A stretch of 64,000 nucleotides of DNA, from contig OY969926.1 of the NCBI GenBank assembly GCA_963704645.1, positions 384,001 through 448,000 of the forward strand, read 5' to 3'. Under the pieces are notes generated by a model. That model was not told the DNA's origin and did not search any database. It was given only the letters and a program-made list of their open reading frames with translations. Source of the DNA: an uncultured bacterium. Its GTDB lineage: Bacteria; Patescibacteriota; JACMRA01. Shown here piece after piece: positions 8,555 to 18,887 of the stretch; position 1 is the first letter of the stretch, and every line of letters begins with the position of its first letter. Made by a program: the position numbers and the translations under genes.

Positions 8555-8587
8555 GGTCACTTTGCGGTCATTTTAATTTGATATAAT
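8555..8587 (+). promoter_or_regulatory. Extended -10 promoter with an OmpR/PhoB-type direct repeat
   Basis: GGTCAC and GGTCAT 11 bp apart (8555, 8566), then TGaTATAAT (8579-8587), upstream of the response regulator. Confidence 0.4.
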
Positions 8588-8621
8588 TTAGAAAAGTAAA
8601 TAAACAAATTATATTCATCCC

Positions 8622-9281
8622 ATGTCCCATATTTTAATTGTTGAAGACGAACAGCGAATGGCTGCAACTTTGCAAAAAGGGTTGAAACATGCTGGTTTTG
8701 AAACGACAATAATTTCTAATGGTCTAGCGGCTAGAGCTTTAAATATTACCGAATTTGATTTAGTTTTACTAGATTGGATGTTACCAGGAATTGCCGGAAT
8801 TGATTTATTGCAACATTGGCGAAGTCAGAAATATTTAACTCCAATTTTAATGCTTACTGCCCGCGATGCTTTAAAAGACAAAGTTTCCGGGTTAGATTTT
8901 GGGGCAGATGATTACCTTTCTAAATTTTTTGAATGGCCAGAATTAATTGCCAGAATAAAAGTTTTGTTAAGACGAAATTCAACTGAGCAAATTCAACTGG
9001 GTAATATATTTTTTGATAGAAACAATCAAGTTTTTTTAGAAGATCAGCAAATTGTAAATTTAACTTCCACAGAATACAATATTTTAAAATACTTTTTTGA
9101 TAGGCCGGGTAGGCTTATTACCAGAACAAGTTTACTTAGAGCTATTTATCAAGATTCCAAAGACCCTTTTTCCAACGTTATTGAAAGACACATTAAAGGC
9201 ATTCGTCAAAAACTAAATTATGACCCTATTACAACAATTCGCGGACTCGGTTACAGGCTTAAGTCTTCCACCTCAGTTTAG
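8622..9281 (+). CDS. OmpR-family response regulator
   Basis: ILIVEDE, LLDWMLPG, MLTAR, GADDY, TIRGLGY. Confidence 0.93.
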   Translation: MSHILIVEDEQRMAATLQKGLKHAGFETTIISNGLAARALNITEFDLVLLDWMLPGIAGIDLLQHWRSQKYLTPILMLTARDALKDKVSGLDFGADDYLSKFFEWPELIARIKVLLRRNSTEQIQLGNIFFDRNNQVFLEDQQIVNLTSTEYNILKYFFDRPGRLITRTSLLRAIYQDSKDPFSNVIERHIKGIRQKLNYDPITTIRGLGYRLKSSTSV

Positions 9282-9405
9282 ATTAATTAGAATTAAACTT
9301 ACAGCCTTTGTTTTTGTATTTTTAAGTTTAGTGCTGCTTTTAAGCGGTTTTAATGTCTACGACACAAGTAGACAGGGTTTAGAAAATTTCAGAAATCAAA
9401 TAAAT

Positions 9406-10462
9406 GAGTTAATAACCAAAAACTATCACCTGAAATTATATATTTCTAACCTTTTCGCCCTTCAAATTATACAATAAATTGGTGAGAAGTTTATTCCTTC
9501 TATCTTGTCTCATTCCTCTATGCCTTCTATTTAAATCTTTTAATTTAGTATTTATTCCTCCATCAATATGATTGGTTGTATTAGGGATATTAAGAGTTGG
9601 CTATTCTTGAAAAGCAAACAATCTATTCATATTTCTTTTGAATGTTTTTAAAGCTGTAATTATTCTACTATGTAGGTATTGTCCTTGTTCATTTCTTTGG
9701 CTTAGAAAGTCTTGGTTTCTTTTTGTGTATAAAGCCAGAGTTTTACCTAATCTCTGTTCTGTTAATTTGTTTTTAATGAATAAGTTATTTATTTGGTTAA
9801 GTTCTTTTCCAGCTATTGTTCTAGGATTCTTTGTAATTAAAGTGCTTATTCTCTTTTGTATATGAAACTGACATATTTGGACTGGATAATCTCTAAATAC
9901 CTCTGGAATACCTTTTCTTCCATCTAAGGTTACAGATTGTATTTTAAAACCCTTCTGGAGTATGTAGTTTAATCCTTCTAAATAATTAGACTTAGTTTCA
10001 GATTGTATAAACTTATGCCATAATACTTTTCCTGTAATTGAATCAAAGAATATTATTAAACCATCTTTATCTTTTCTTTTTCTAAAGAAGGTACAGTCAC
10101 AGACTAGGTTAATTATACTTGGCTCTACCTGAGTAAATTTAACTTCATATTCATCTACAATTTTACGAACAGTCTTATTATTTAGATCTAAATCTGAGTA
10201 ATTTTTTTAAAAGTTAAGGCATTAACAATAGAATCAACCTTACGAGATTTTTGAGGTTTGGATTGAAAGTATTTGTTACAATTTCTACAGAAATATTTCT
10301 GTCTTCCAGACTGTTTTCCTTTCTTAATAACTTCAATTGAATAACAGAAAATACAGTGTCTAGACATACAAAAACTTGGAGTGTTTAAGTTATTATGCCA
10401 TAATATATCTATTTAATCAACAGAAGTGGAGTTTTTAAGTGATAGTTTTTGGTTATTAACTC
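9406..10462 (-). mobile_element. IS256-family (Zn-finger variant) insertion sequence, 1057 bp
   Basis: Perfect 24-bp terminal IRs GAGTTAATAACCAAAAACTATCAC (9406-9429 and 10439-10462); 8-bp TSD AAATAAAT (9398-9405, 10463-10470). Confidence 0.9.
9436..10367 (-). pseudogene. IS256-like transposase with a frameshift and an internal stop
   Basis: MSRHCIFC...YFCRNC Zn finger; frame change at TTTTAAAAAAA (~10202-10212); VCDCTFF, TLDGRKG, PVQICQFH; in-frame TAG at 9601-9603; then NIPNTTNHIDGG. Confidence 0.8.
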
Positions 10463-11214
10463 AAATAAATAAACAAGTTGAAAGAGATAGGTTAATGCCA
10501 AGAATTGCCAATCAAATTGATGTGGTGGAAGAAGCCAGATTAAATGCATTGGGTAGAATTCAGTTTTTAATTGTTATAAATAATGCTAGTCTGGTTGTAT
10601 TTCTAACTTTAATTACTTGGGAAAGCTTGTTCTTTTTATTGCGTCCACTGGCTAAAGCTACACAGGCTAGAGAAGATTTTTTAATACAAGCAACTCATGA
10701 ATTACGTACACCTTTGGCTATTTTGTATTCGGAATTAAGTTTGTCTGAAAATGAAAATAATATTGATGAATTAAAGAAAACACATAAAGATGCCCTGCAA
10801 GAAATTCAACGTTTGCAGCAGCTTAGCAACACTTTGCTAGGAAGAAAAGAAGAAAAATTGCAAACCGTTAAAGTTGAAAAAGTTATACAGCAGGCCTGGA
10901 GTAATTTATCTAAATTCAACGTAAATAACTTAACTCTAAATTTTAATTTTAAAGGAAAAACCATAATTAAATCTGACACGGTTAAATTCTATCAACTAAT
11001 ATTTAATATTTTAGAAAATGCTGTGAAACACGGAAAAGCAAATTCCAAGTTAAATATACAGTTGGAACAAAACCAAATTATATTTTCCAATCAGTCTGAA
11101 TTTAATATTTTTGTTGAAGGAGTTGGAGCTTCGGTAAGCAAAAGTTTGGCTGAAGATTTAGGAATGGATATTAACTTTGAAATGAACAATTACGTCTACA
11201 AAGCCAAGCTAAAC

Positions 11215-12069
11215 TTAGCCTAAAAATATAATTATTAATACTCCCAATACTGTAATTATTCCAGCTATTATTTTTTGTGCAAAGCCAGATTCCTTTAATA
11301 AAACTTTTCCATAAATTATATCTAAAATTATATCTAATCTTTTTATTGCACTTACATAAGCTGGTTGGGATGTAAGACTTATAGCCGTAAAATCGGAAAT
11401 CCAGCTTAAAATACTTAAAATAGCAATCCAAATACTATCAGCTCTAAATATTTGTTTTTTAGGAAAAGCGTTGTTAAGAATTACAATGTCAATAATAAAA
11501 ATTAGAATTCCCATTGTTAAATTTAAAGCCGAAACAAACCCGAATAAGTTTGAGTTTCTTATGCCCAAAACCATTGCAACTGTACCAAATGACCAAAGCA
11601 TAGAAACAATAATAGCCAAAATTGAGCCCAAGCCAAATTTAAAAGACAAACCATCTCTCTTAATTTTAGTGTGAGCAATTAGTGACCCGAAAACTACAAA
11701 AAATACTCCAATTAAACCAAGAAGTTGGAAGGGTGAATTTAGAAAAATAATGTTCAGAAAAAAAGAAAAAACTGTAGCTAAAGATAGCAGGGGAATTATG
11801 GATGAAAGCTCATCAATTTTTAAAGCGTAGATTAGTAATAAGTTGGCTACACTTTCAATAATAACCGAGGCAATAAAATACCACAAAAAATTTCCTGTAA
11901 AACTTGGTAATCCTTGCCAAAAAATTATAGCAATATAAATTGGAGCAGAAATTAAATTAGGCATCCAAAGCACAGCTAAAGAATTTACTTTATCAGCCAA
12001 ATCTTTTTTCAAAGGTGAAACTATAGAATTACAAACAGCTGAAAATATTGCAAAGTAAAACCATGGCAT
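11215..12069 (-). CDS. EamA/DMT family transporter
   Basis: Ten-TM duplicated EamA pattern. Confidence 0.85.
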   Translation of the reverse strand: MPWFYFAIFSAVCNSIVSPLKKDLADKVNSLAVLWMPNLISAPIYIAIIFWQGLPSFTGNFLWYFIASVIIESVANLLLIYALKIDELSSIIPLLSLATVFSFFLNIIFLNSPFQLLGLIGVFFVVFGSLIAHTKIKRDGLSFKFGLGSILAIIVSMLWSFGTVAMVLGIRNSNLFGFVSALNLTMGILIFIIDIVILNNAFPKKQIFRADSIWIAILSILSWISDFTAISLTSQPAYVSAIKRLDIILDIIYGKVLLKESGFAQKIIAGIITVLGVLIIIFLG

Positions 12070-12149
12070 GTTTAGCTATGTAAGCTTGATTAAAATTTAA
12101 GGTCAATATAATTGTGTACAGCTTTTTAATAAACTTTATACTCATAAAA

Positions 12150-13814
12150 TTACCAACTTCCTCCCCCTCCAGAAAAACCTCCTCCACCATCGAAACCCCC
12201 GCCTCCATCTGAACTTGGCGGAGTATAAAAACTTACAGCTGAATACGTGGAATAAATTAAACTGGTGTTATCTAATTCGCTATAGTTGGATATTAATTCA
12301 GCAAAATATTTTTGAAATTTAGGTAGAACAGCAAAACTGGCAGCAAATGGTACGGCAATTAAATATTTCTGAACTCCCACCTCCGGGTTGTTACTAAAGT
12401 CTAATTTCCATTTTTCAACATTTTCTAGGTAATATTTGTACCTTTTTGAATAAGCAGCAACTTCTATACCTTTTTGATTCAATTTAGATAATTTAATAAG
12501 AATAAAAGTAAAGCCAACTGCAATAAATAATATGCTGGCAAAAAGTAACAAGCCCCAGCTATTACCAATTAGAAAAGTATCTTGGAAAATGCCGAAGGTG
12601 AGGGCTATAAAAATACTTGGAAAAATTAATATTCCAAAAGCCCAGCCAATTGGTTGATTAATTGGGCTTTGTTTATAAAATTTTCTCATTTCTTTCTTTA
12701 CAGTATCTTGTGTAAAATTTAAATGCTCGGCTGGGTTAATTTTGGAAGCTAAAATACCCTCTTTAAATCCAAGCAATGCAATTTGTTTTACAGTTTCGTT
12801 GTATATTTCTGGAAGGCTGTTATTAGTTGGCAGATCTTTCAATATTTCTATTTCGATAGATTTTTCAGATTTTGGAATTGAATTGTCTTTATCTTTGCTA
12901 ATTAGATGGATGTATTTTTTGTTATTCAACCACAAAATGTAGCTTAAAAGTGTATTCTTTAAATCAATTCGCCCTTCATCAATTAAAAAACTTGCTTGCC
13001 ACGGGTATAAATCTGGCGCTTCAAATTCTGGCCTATCAACTTTTTGGTTTCCCCAATCATCCCTAGCTACGTAGTACCAGATAAAGTAGAAAAATATGCT
13101 TACTATAATTAGTAAGGCCAAGTAAGGCCAAGTATTGATCCAAATATTGATAAGTAAGCTAGACTTAGGTTTTTGGCTATTTAATAAGAAAGAGGTTTTT
13201 TCTGTGCCACAGGATGCTTGATTGGAATATTCAGCAATTACTCCCTTACTTGTACAAATATCAGCCTTATTAAAGCTAAGACGAATATCGTTGTTGCTAA
13301 CAACTTCGCCCCAATCTTCTAAAAAAGTAAAGTTATAGGCTAAATTTGGATTGTAATCAGCTTCAATTTCTAGACCGTAAAAATAATATCCTATGGGCAA
13401 TTCCTTGTTTTTATCCCCAATTCTTATTCTAAACTGACTCCATTCATTAATTAATTCATATTTTTCTACCTCCCAGTTTAAACTTTCTGCACAACTAACA
13501 TCACAAGTCTTATTTGAACTTGCTTTTATAACATTACTAACCTTATATTCGATCCAAACACCATCTTGATTCTTGGGTAAAGCCAGAAATATACCGCGGC
13601 TGGGCTTGTTAAATTTTTCAGCTACAAAATATTTTATAGTAACTTTGTTGTTTTTATAATCTGTACTAGTTTGTATTGAAATGTTTTCTGTTTCGTTTAC
13701 AATATCACTTTCAGAATCTTGTGCCTGCAAGTTAATTATATTGAAAGGTGTTAAAATTAGTACTAAAGCTAGAACAAAACTTAAAAATTTAAAGTAAGAG
13801 AATATTTTTTTCAC
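12150..13814 (-). CDS. DUF2207-like membrane protein
   Basis: Signal peptide, RGIF motif, TM helices, C-terminal GGGFSGGGGSW. Confidence 0.75.
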   Translation of the reverse strand: MKKIFSYFKFLSFVLALVLILTPFNIINLQAQDSESDIVNETENISIQTSTDYKNNKVTIKYFVAEKFNKPSRGIFLALPKNQDGVWIEYKVSNVIKASSNKTCDVSCAESLNWEVEKYELINEWSQFRIRIGDKNKELPIGYYFYGLEIEADYNPNLAYNFTFLEDWGEVVSNNDIRLSFNKADICTSKGVIAEYSNQASCGTEKTSFLLNSQKPKSSLLINIWINTWPYLALLIIVSIFFYFIWYYVARDDWGNQKVDRPEFEAPDLYPWQASFLIDEGRIDLKNTLLSYILWLNNKKYIHLISKDKDNSIPKSEKSIEIEILKDLPTNNSLPEIYNETVKQIALLGFKEGILASKINPAEHLNFTQDTVKKEMRKFYKQSPINQPIGWAFGILIFPSIFIALTFGIFQDTFLIGNSWGLLLFASILFIAVGFTFILIKLSKLNQKGIEVAAYSKRYKYYLENVEKWKLDFSNNPEVGVQKYLIAVPFAASFAVLPKFQKYFAELISNYSELDNTSLIYSTYSAVSFYTPPSSDGGGGFDGGGGFSGGGGSW

Positions 13815-14021
13815 AATTCTGTAAAAAGTTGTAAACTATTTTTTGTCTAGTTGTATTAGTATCATTGTTTAGCCATTTTTCATTGTAAATAAGAATAACA
13901 AATGGTTTTAATACATGGCATTTATTGACAGATTTTTTAGATTGGCTTACTATATAACAAATTGCTAAGTTTTAAATTCAGCAAAATTCATTGAATAAGG
14001 CCATAACAGCCAGATCACAAT

Positions 14022-15515
14022 ATGAGTTACATAGATACTGATACAGTAAATCAATACGGATACAAGCCAAACTTTATTCTAGTTAATAGCCCTACAAAAA
14101 GTACTTTCTTCGGAGACATTATTCCCGTTTACAAAGTTACACAAGAACTTACAAGCATTGTAATTACATCTTGGGAAAGCCTTTCTGAATTTATTTTGTA
14201 CGGACAGAACTTTTTAGTTTGTGTATTAAGCTTCTTAAACCAAGCTATTAATAATACAGCTTACCAGAGTTACTTAATAATTAATTTTGCTTATCAGCAA
14301 GTTTTAGAATTTCCTAGCATTTTAGGCGATTATACCAAACAAATTGAAACTGCTTTCCATACAATTTCACAAGAAAGTACTAGAGAATTATGGTGGCTAG
14401 AAGTTAAATTAGATGTTAGAACTTTATTGGATAAGGTTGTTAAAAATGTGGAAAGTATTTGGTTTGTTCTACAAAAGTTTTATTTGGCTGGTTTCGTTTT
14501 ATTGTGTTTGGCTTTTTTGAATTTCAGCACTCCAATTTTAGCTAGTACCAATTCTAACAGTTTTTTAGCAAAATTCTTAAATAACCATAGCTATATAAGT
14601 CAGTCTAGCTTGTTAGCATCTCCCAATTTTGCTGTTACAACTAATTTAAACACATCTACTAGCGCAGTAGTTATTCCAACTGTTTCAGCTTATACTGTAA
14701 AAGAAGGCGACACTATCGATAAAATTTCTGAGTCATTTGGTGTAAAAGCAGATACTATTTGTTTCAATAATTATGGTAAATTAGATAATTGTGTTGTTAA
14801 AGCAGGCGATAAGATGTATATTCCCTGGGTTGATGGTTATATTTATAACGCCGTAGCAGAAACTACCGCTAATGACTTAGTTTCTATTTATGGAGTTTCT
14901 AAAGAGGAAATAACTAGCTTTAACAATTTTAGTTACAATCCTACTTCAGACAGTTTTTCTAAAGACACTTTGGTTTTAATACCTAGTACAGATTTTGCAA
15001 AAATAGCTGAAGCTAATAAGAAAGAGCAAGAAAGAAAAGATGCTGTTGTTAAAAGTGCCGAGCAAGCAGCTAGAAACAAAAATTTACAAACTAAATCTAT
15101 TCAAAGAACTAATGCTAAGCCAGATTTAAACTACATGAAAAATGGTTTTATTTGGCCAACCGTAGGTTTTATTAGTCGATGTGTTCAACCAGGCCATATT
15201 GCTTGTGATATTGCTAACTTTAATTCTCCAGCAATTGTTGCTTCCAAGTCTGGGGTAGTAACCAAAACTGGTTACGATGCTGGTGGTTATGGAAACCATA
15301 TCATAATTGACCATGGTAAAGATGAAAAAGGTAAAAGCATTAAAACGCTATATGCTCACTTAGCATCTATTTCAATAAGTAAAGGGCAAAGTGTAACTCA
15401 GGGTCAGAAAATTGGTGTAATGGGAGCTACAGGATATTCTACAGGTATTCACTTACACTACGAATGCATTGTAGATAATGTTAAGCAAAACCCGCTAGAA
15501 GTTTGTCTTCCTTAA
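14022..15515 (+). CDS. LysM / M23 peptidase domain protein
   Basis: YTVKEGDTI LysM repeat; HxxxD, GYGNHIIIDH, YAHL and STGIHLHYE M23 motifs. Confidence 0.85.
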   Translation: MSYIDTDTVNQYGYKPNFILVNSPTKSTFFGDIIPVYKVTQELTSIVITSWESLSEFILYGQNFLVCVLSFLNQAINNTAYQSYLIINFAYQQVLEFPSILGDYTKQIETAFHTISQESTRELWWLEVKLDVRTLLDKVVKNVESIWFVLQKFYLAGFVLLCLAFLNFSTPILASTNSNSFLAKFLNNHSYISQSSLLASPNFAVTTNLNTSTSAVVIPTVSAYTVKEGDTIDKISESFGVKADTICFNNYGKLDNCVVKAGDKMYIPWVDGYIYNAVAETTANDLVSIYGVSKEEITSFNNFSYNPTSDSFSKDTLVLIPSTDFAKIAEANKKEQERKDAVVKSAEQAARNKNLQTKSIQRTNAKPDLNYMKNGFIWPTVGFISRCVQPGHIACDIANFNSPAIVASKSGVVTKTGYDAGGYGNHIIIDHGKDEKGKSIKTLYAHLASISISKGQSVTQGQKIGVMGATGYSTGIHLHYECIVDNVKQNPLEVCLP

Positions 15516-15517
15516 AT

Positions 15518-16180
15518 TTAAGATACTTTTCTTAGGAAGTCTACCAACGGATTTAAAGATTTGAAATTGTTAACAATAACTCTGTTAAGCTCATCGTAAC
15601 TTATATCATTCAAATTGATATAACGAAAAACCACGAAGTTGGTGTGCCTTAATAGGTCAATATTTTCATCTTCGATAGAATATCCTTTCGGATGAGCTTT
15701 TAAATTAGCAGAGTCGTCTAAATTTCCATAAGTTTTAAAAAATGTTGGTTCAGCTAAAATTGAACGAAAAACATTTGGGTTTTTAACAATTGCCTGTCTT
15801 ACTAAACTAATTTGTTTGGAATCTAGCATATACCATCCTCCTCCTATCATAATTTGTCCTGAAGGTTGAATTTGGAGGTAATAGCCAGGGTTGCTACCAT
15901 TTTTACCTGAATGAATAAAGGAAGCCCCTAAAACCGTTTTATAAGGTTGTTTATTTTTGCTAAATCTTACATCACGATTAATTCTAAAAACACAATCTTT
16001 TAAACTTAAAAACCTTAAGCTTTCGTCGAAATTGGCAACTTCAACTAAAATGTTGGAAACAAAGCTTTCAAAATCCTTTTTAATTTCTAAATACTCGGCT
16101 CTGTGTTGATCAAACCAAATTCTGTTGTTGTTCTGGCTTATTTGTTCTAAAAATTCTACAGTTTTTTGGAAAGTGTACAT
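15518..16180 (-). CDS. DUF2461 family protein
   Basis: NNNRIWF, FRINRDVRFSKNKQPYK. Confidence 0.9.
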   Translation of the reverse strand: MYTFQKTVEFLEQISQNNNRIWFDQHRAEYLEIKKDFESFVSNILVEVANFDESLRFLSLKDCVFRINRDVRFSKNKQPYKTVLGASFIHSGKNGSNPGYYLQIQPSGQIMIGGGWYMLDSKQISLVRQAIVKNPNVFRSILAEPTFFKTYGNLDDSANLKAHPKGYSIEDENIDLLRHTNFVVFRYINLNDISYDELNRVIVNNFKSLNPLVDFLRKVS

Positions 16181-16396
16181 ATAAATTTAATTTTAAGTTT
16201 TTTTGTTACATATCAAACTCGTATGTTTTTTATACTCAGTTTATTTGGAAACTAACTTTTCGACAATCTCACTTTGTATTTCACTATCTCTAAAACTAGT
16301 TGAGTGATAAGAAGTCTTAAATGAAATTGCCTAACAATCTTGATTTAACTATAATTTATTAAATGTTTACTATTCCTTATTCTATGATTTAGACAG

Positions 16397-17023
16397 TTAA
16401 GCTTTAGAATTTCTTGTAAAATAAATCCAAGAGTAGATTTGTATAAGTAAAATTATTAGTGTTGGTAAGCCATATTGCAAAGCATTTGCTAAATTTAAGC
16501 GAACACCGCCAATTACTTCCCTGCCTGGTTGAAACGAAGTGTGAATAACCAATAAAAACATTACTGGATAAGTTAAATTGTGCAATCTTTGCCACCATTT
16601 TCTCATTTTTTTAACCGAATAATTGTTTGAGGTAATAAGTAACGGTAGACAAAGGAAAAAACCTAATGTGCCAGCTATTTGATATAATGGAACAACTGTT
16701 GGAAAACCATTTAATATACAATCAAAGCCTCTAACCCAAAAATAGTGGATAGCTGTTAAAATAAACATTAAAATACCTAATTGCCGGCGGTTTATTTTTA
16801 ATATTGTTTGTACATCCTTTAAAATTCCAACTACTTTAAATCTGCTTAAAATACCTGGGATGGCAATTAACCAAAATGTGTAAATGGCAAAACGCCCAGC
16901 TAAAGTGCCTAAGTTAAATAAATCTAGTTGAATGAAGAAAAAACTAAGGGTGAGAACGGCTAAAAAGGAATAATTTAATGTTAAAAGCCCAAACTTAATT
17001 TGCTTAGCAATTGCAGAAATCAT
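16397..17023 (-). CDS. MsrQ-like ferric-reductase transmembrane protein
   Basis: RRQLG...H, LLITSN, WQRLHNLTY...H heme motifs. Confidence 0.85.
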   Translation of the reverse strand: MISAIAKQIKFGLLTLNYSFLAVLTLSFFFIQLDLFNLGTLAGRFAIYTFWLIAIPGILSRFKVVGILKDVQTILKINRRQLGILMFILTAIHYFWVRGFDCILNGFPTVVPLYQIAGTLGFFLCLPLLITSNNYSVKKMRKWWQRLHNLTYPVMFLLVIHTSFQPGREVIGGVRLNLANALQYGLPTLIILLIQIYSWIYFTRNSKA

Positions 17024-17065
17024 AATTACTTAAATATTAAACCAGTATGCAAAAAGTAATCAAGT

Positions 17066-17806
17066 TTATCTAAACCAAACTGCTTCAAAACGGCTAAGTT
17101 CTGGATTGCTTAATTCACTATTTTTAAAACCAATGTCTTGATATTTTTCTAAAGTGAAACCCTTATCTAGAAATAATTGAATAGTAGAACCTAAACTTCT
17201 AGAAATAATTTTAGCAGATTTATCTTTTTTGCCAGAAATAATTGCTGGGAACCAACTATTTTTTGGAACAATTTTAGACTGAATTATCCAATTAGGTTTG
17301 CCAATGCCAAGCCTTGTTAGAACTGCTGAAAGAAAACTTTTGTAAATTTTAGAAGGGTATAATTGGCTTTGGCTAGAGGGGTTAATAACCAAAATTTGCC
17401 TAGCTTGATTGTCTTTCAAAAAGTCTAAATATTTACCAATTACTTCTTCATCCATCTCGCACAAACTTAAACAAAAAATTACCAAACTTAAATTATGTTC
17501 TAAGTCTAAATCTTCCGTTTTAAGTTCGTCTAATAAAAGAAACTTGAACTGTTCGTTTGGTATGCCAAGTTTGTTAACAAAATCTATGGCTTTAGGTTGA
17601 ATGTCTAAGCCTAAATATTTTCCTTTAAAATCTAGAGTATCTAAAATAGATGCAAGACGTCCACTTCCAAAGCCAATTTCTAAAATTGACGAATACCTGT
17701 AATTAATTAAATTCTTAGTAAGAAAACCAGTTAATAGTTTAAAGTAATCGCTAGACGATCTTTCCCAATTTTTATCATATTTTTCGTAATTATATTCTGC
17801 CTTCAT
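17066..17806 (-). CDS. Class I SAM-dependent methyltransferase
   Basis: ILEIGFGSG...YLGLD motif. Confidence 0.75.
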   Translation of the reverse strand: MKAEYNYEKYDKNWERSSSDYFKLLTGFLTKNLINYRYSSILEIGFGSGRLASILDTLDFKGKYLGLDIQPKAIDFVNKLGIPNEQFKFLLLDELKTEDLDLEHNLSLVIFCLSLCEMDEEVIGKYLDFLKDNQARQILVINPSSQSQLYPSKIYKSFLSAVLTRLGIGKPNWIIQSKIVPKNSWFPAIISGKKDKSAKIISRSLGSTIQLFLDKGFTLEKYQDIGFKNSELSNPELSRFEAVWFR

Positions 17807-18800
17807 GATTTGGAACATACAACAGATTTACTATTTAGTCCATTTTCACCAAGTTAGAAAAAAAATGTTTACTTTTTCGGAAATTTTTAGAATTACAAAA
17901 GTTTTGCCAAGCTCTTTAAAATCTGAGTTAAAAGCCACTATTGATCCATTTTACTACTTAACTCAAAGCGGAAAGGGTTATAATAATTTGCTTGAAAAAT
18001 CTATAAATTTATATAGCCAACCAGAACTGATTTCAGTAAAAAAAACTGATTTTGGGCTTTCTAGTGGCTTATATAGTTTTACAAACAAAACTTATCAAAA
18101 ACCTGAAGAAAGTTACTATTTTTGGAATTTATTTCAGTCTACAAAAAATCTATCAAACATTTTAAAAATTCCTGGTGTGCGAAATATTTATGTGTTTGGA
18201 TCTAGTTTGCAAGGTTGTGCCACCCAAACCAGCGATGTTGATATTGCGGTGCAAACTTCAAGAAATATGGCTGTTGCAGTTAGAATTTTGGTTAAGTTGT
18301 ATTTAAAAATTATTAATAAGGACGTTTACACCTTTAGATTTGGAATGTTAAGGAAGTTTAATTTGCTGCTTTTTAAGCTTGGACTTGTTTCGCTAGAAAA
18401 ATACAAAGTTGCCTTAAATTCAGTTGATACAAAGGTTTGGGAATATAGACATAGAGCTGGTATTAAAATTGATGCTGGAATTTTTTTTGATGATATTGAA
18501 AACTTAAAGAAGGTATTCTATAAGCCCGTAGAACATTTATTTATGTATGATGTTCGTTTATTTAGTTATTATAAAAAAGGAAAAATTTCAATTCCAAGTT
18601 TGTTACCAATTCCAAAAGACGCTAAAATAATTGAACCAAGTTTAATAGATTATTTTTTCAATTTTGTTCTATATATTCCAAGTTCTATTTATGTTTTTTG
18701 GCAGAAAGGGCAAAGCTATAATCCAAATCACCAAGTCTCAAAAAATTGGTTAAATTTTGTACCCATAGGCCCAGAGCCAAAATATTTGGTTAAATTGTAG
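17805..18800 (+). CDS. Nucleotidyltransferase-domain protein (start may be 17866)
   Basis: VFGSS...SDVDIAV Pol-beta motif. Confidence 0.65.
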   Translation: MIWNIQQIYYLVHFHQVRKKMFTFSEIFRITKVLPSSLKSELKATIDPFYYLTQSGKGYNNLLEKSINLYSQPELISVKKTDFGLSSGLYSFTNKTYQKPEESYYFWNLFQSTKNLSNILKIPGVRNIYVFGSSLQGCATQTSDVDIAVQTSRNMAVAVRILVKLYLKIINKDVYTFRFGMLRKFNLLLFKLGLVSLEKYKVALNSVDTKVWEYRHRAGIKIDAGIFFDDIENLKKVFYKPVEHLFMYDVRLFSYYKKGKISIPSLLPIPKDAKIIEPSLIDYFFNFVLYIPSSIYVFWQKGQSYNPNHQVSKNWLNFVPIGPEPKYLVKL

Positions 18801-18887
18801 CTAAGTTTAAATCCATTAAGACCCACTCCCAATTTATAAGAATGTTGACATTGTTTTAAGTGGGGCACATTTTTAATTATTAGGTTT

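Larger units (their letters stand above)
9220..11223 (+). pseudogene. Sensor histidine kinase interrupted by an IS256-like element
   Basis: The N-part 9220-9405 (first TM) rejoins in frame with 10471-11223 (second TM, ATHELRTPL H-box, NILENAVKHG N-box) once the IS and one TSD copy are removed. Confidence 0.85.

Noticed and set aside
9601-9603. In-frame TAG as evidence of stop-codon reassignment
   Set aside because: It is a single case in a decaying transposase; housekeeping ORFs are intact under code 11 and TAG, TGA and TAA all end genes.
17803-17808. Divergent genes sharing overlapping start codons (TCATGA)
   Set aside because: The + strand gene more plausibly starts at ATG 17866, which leaves room for promoters.
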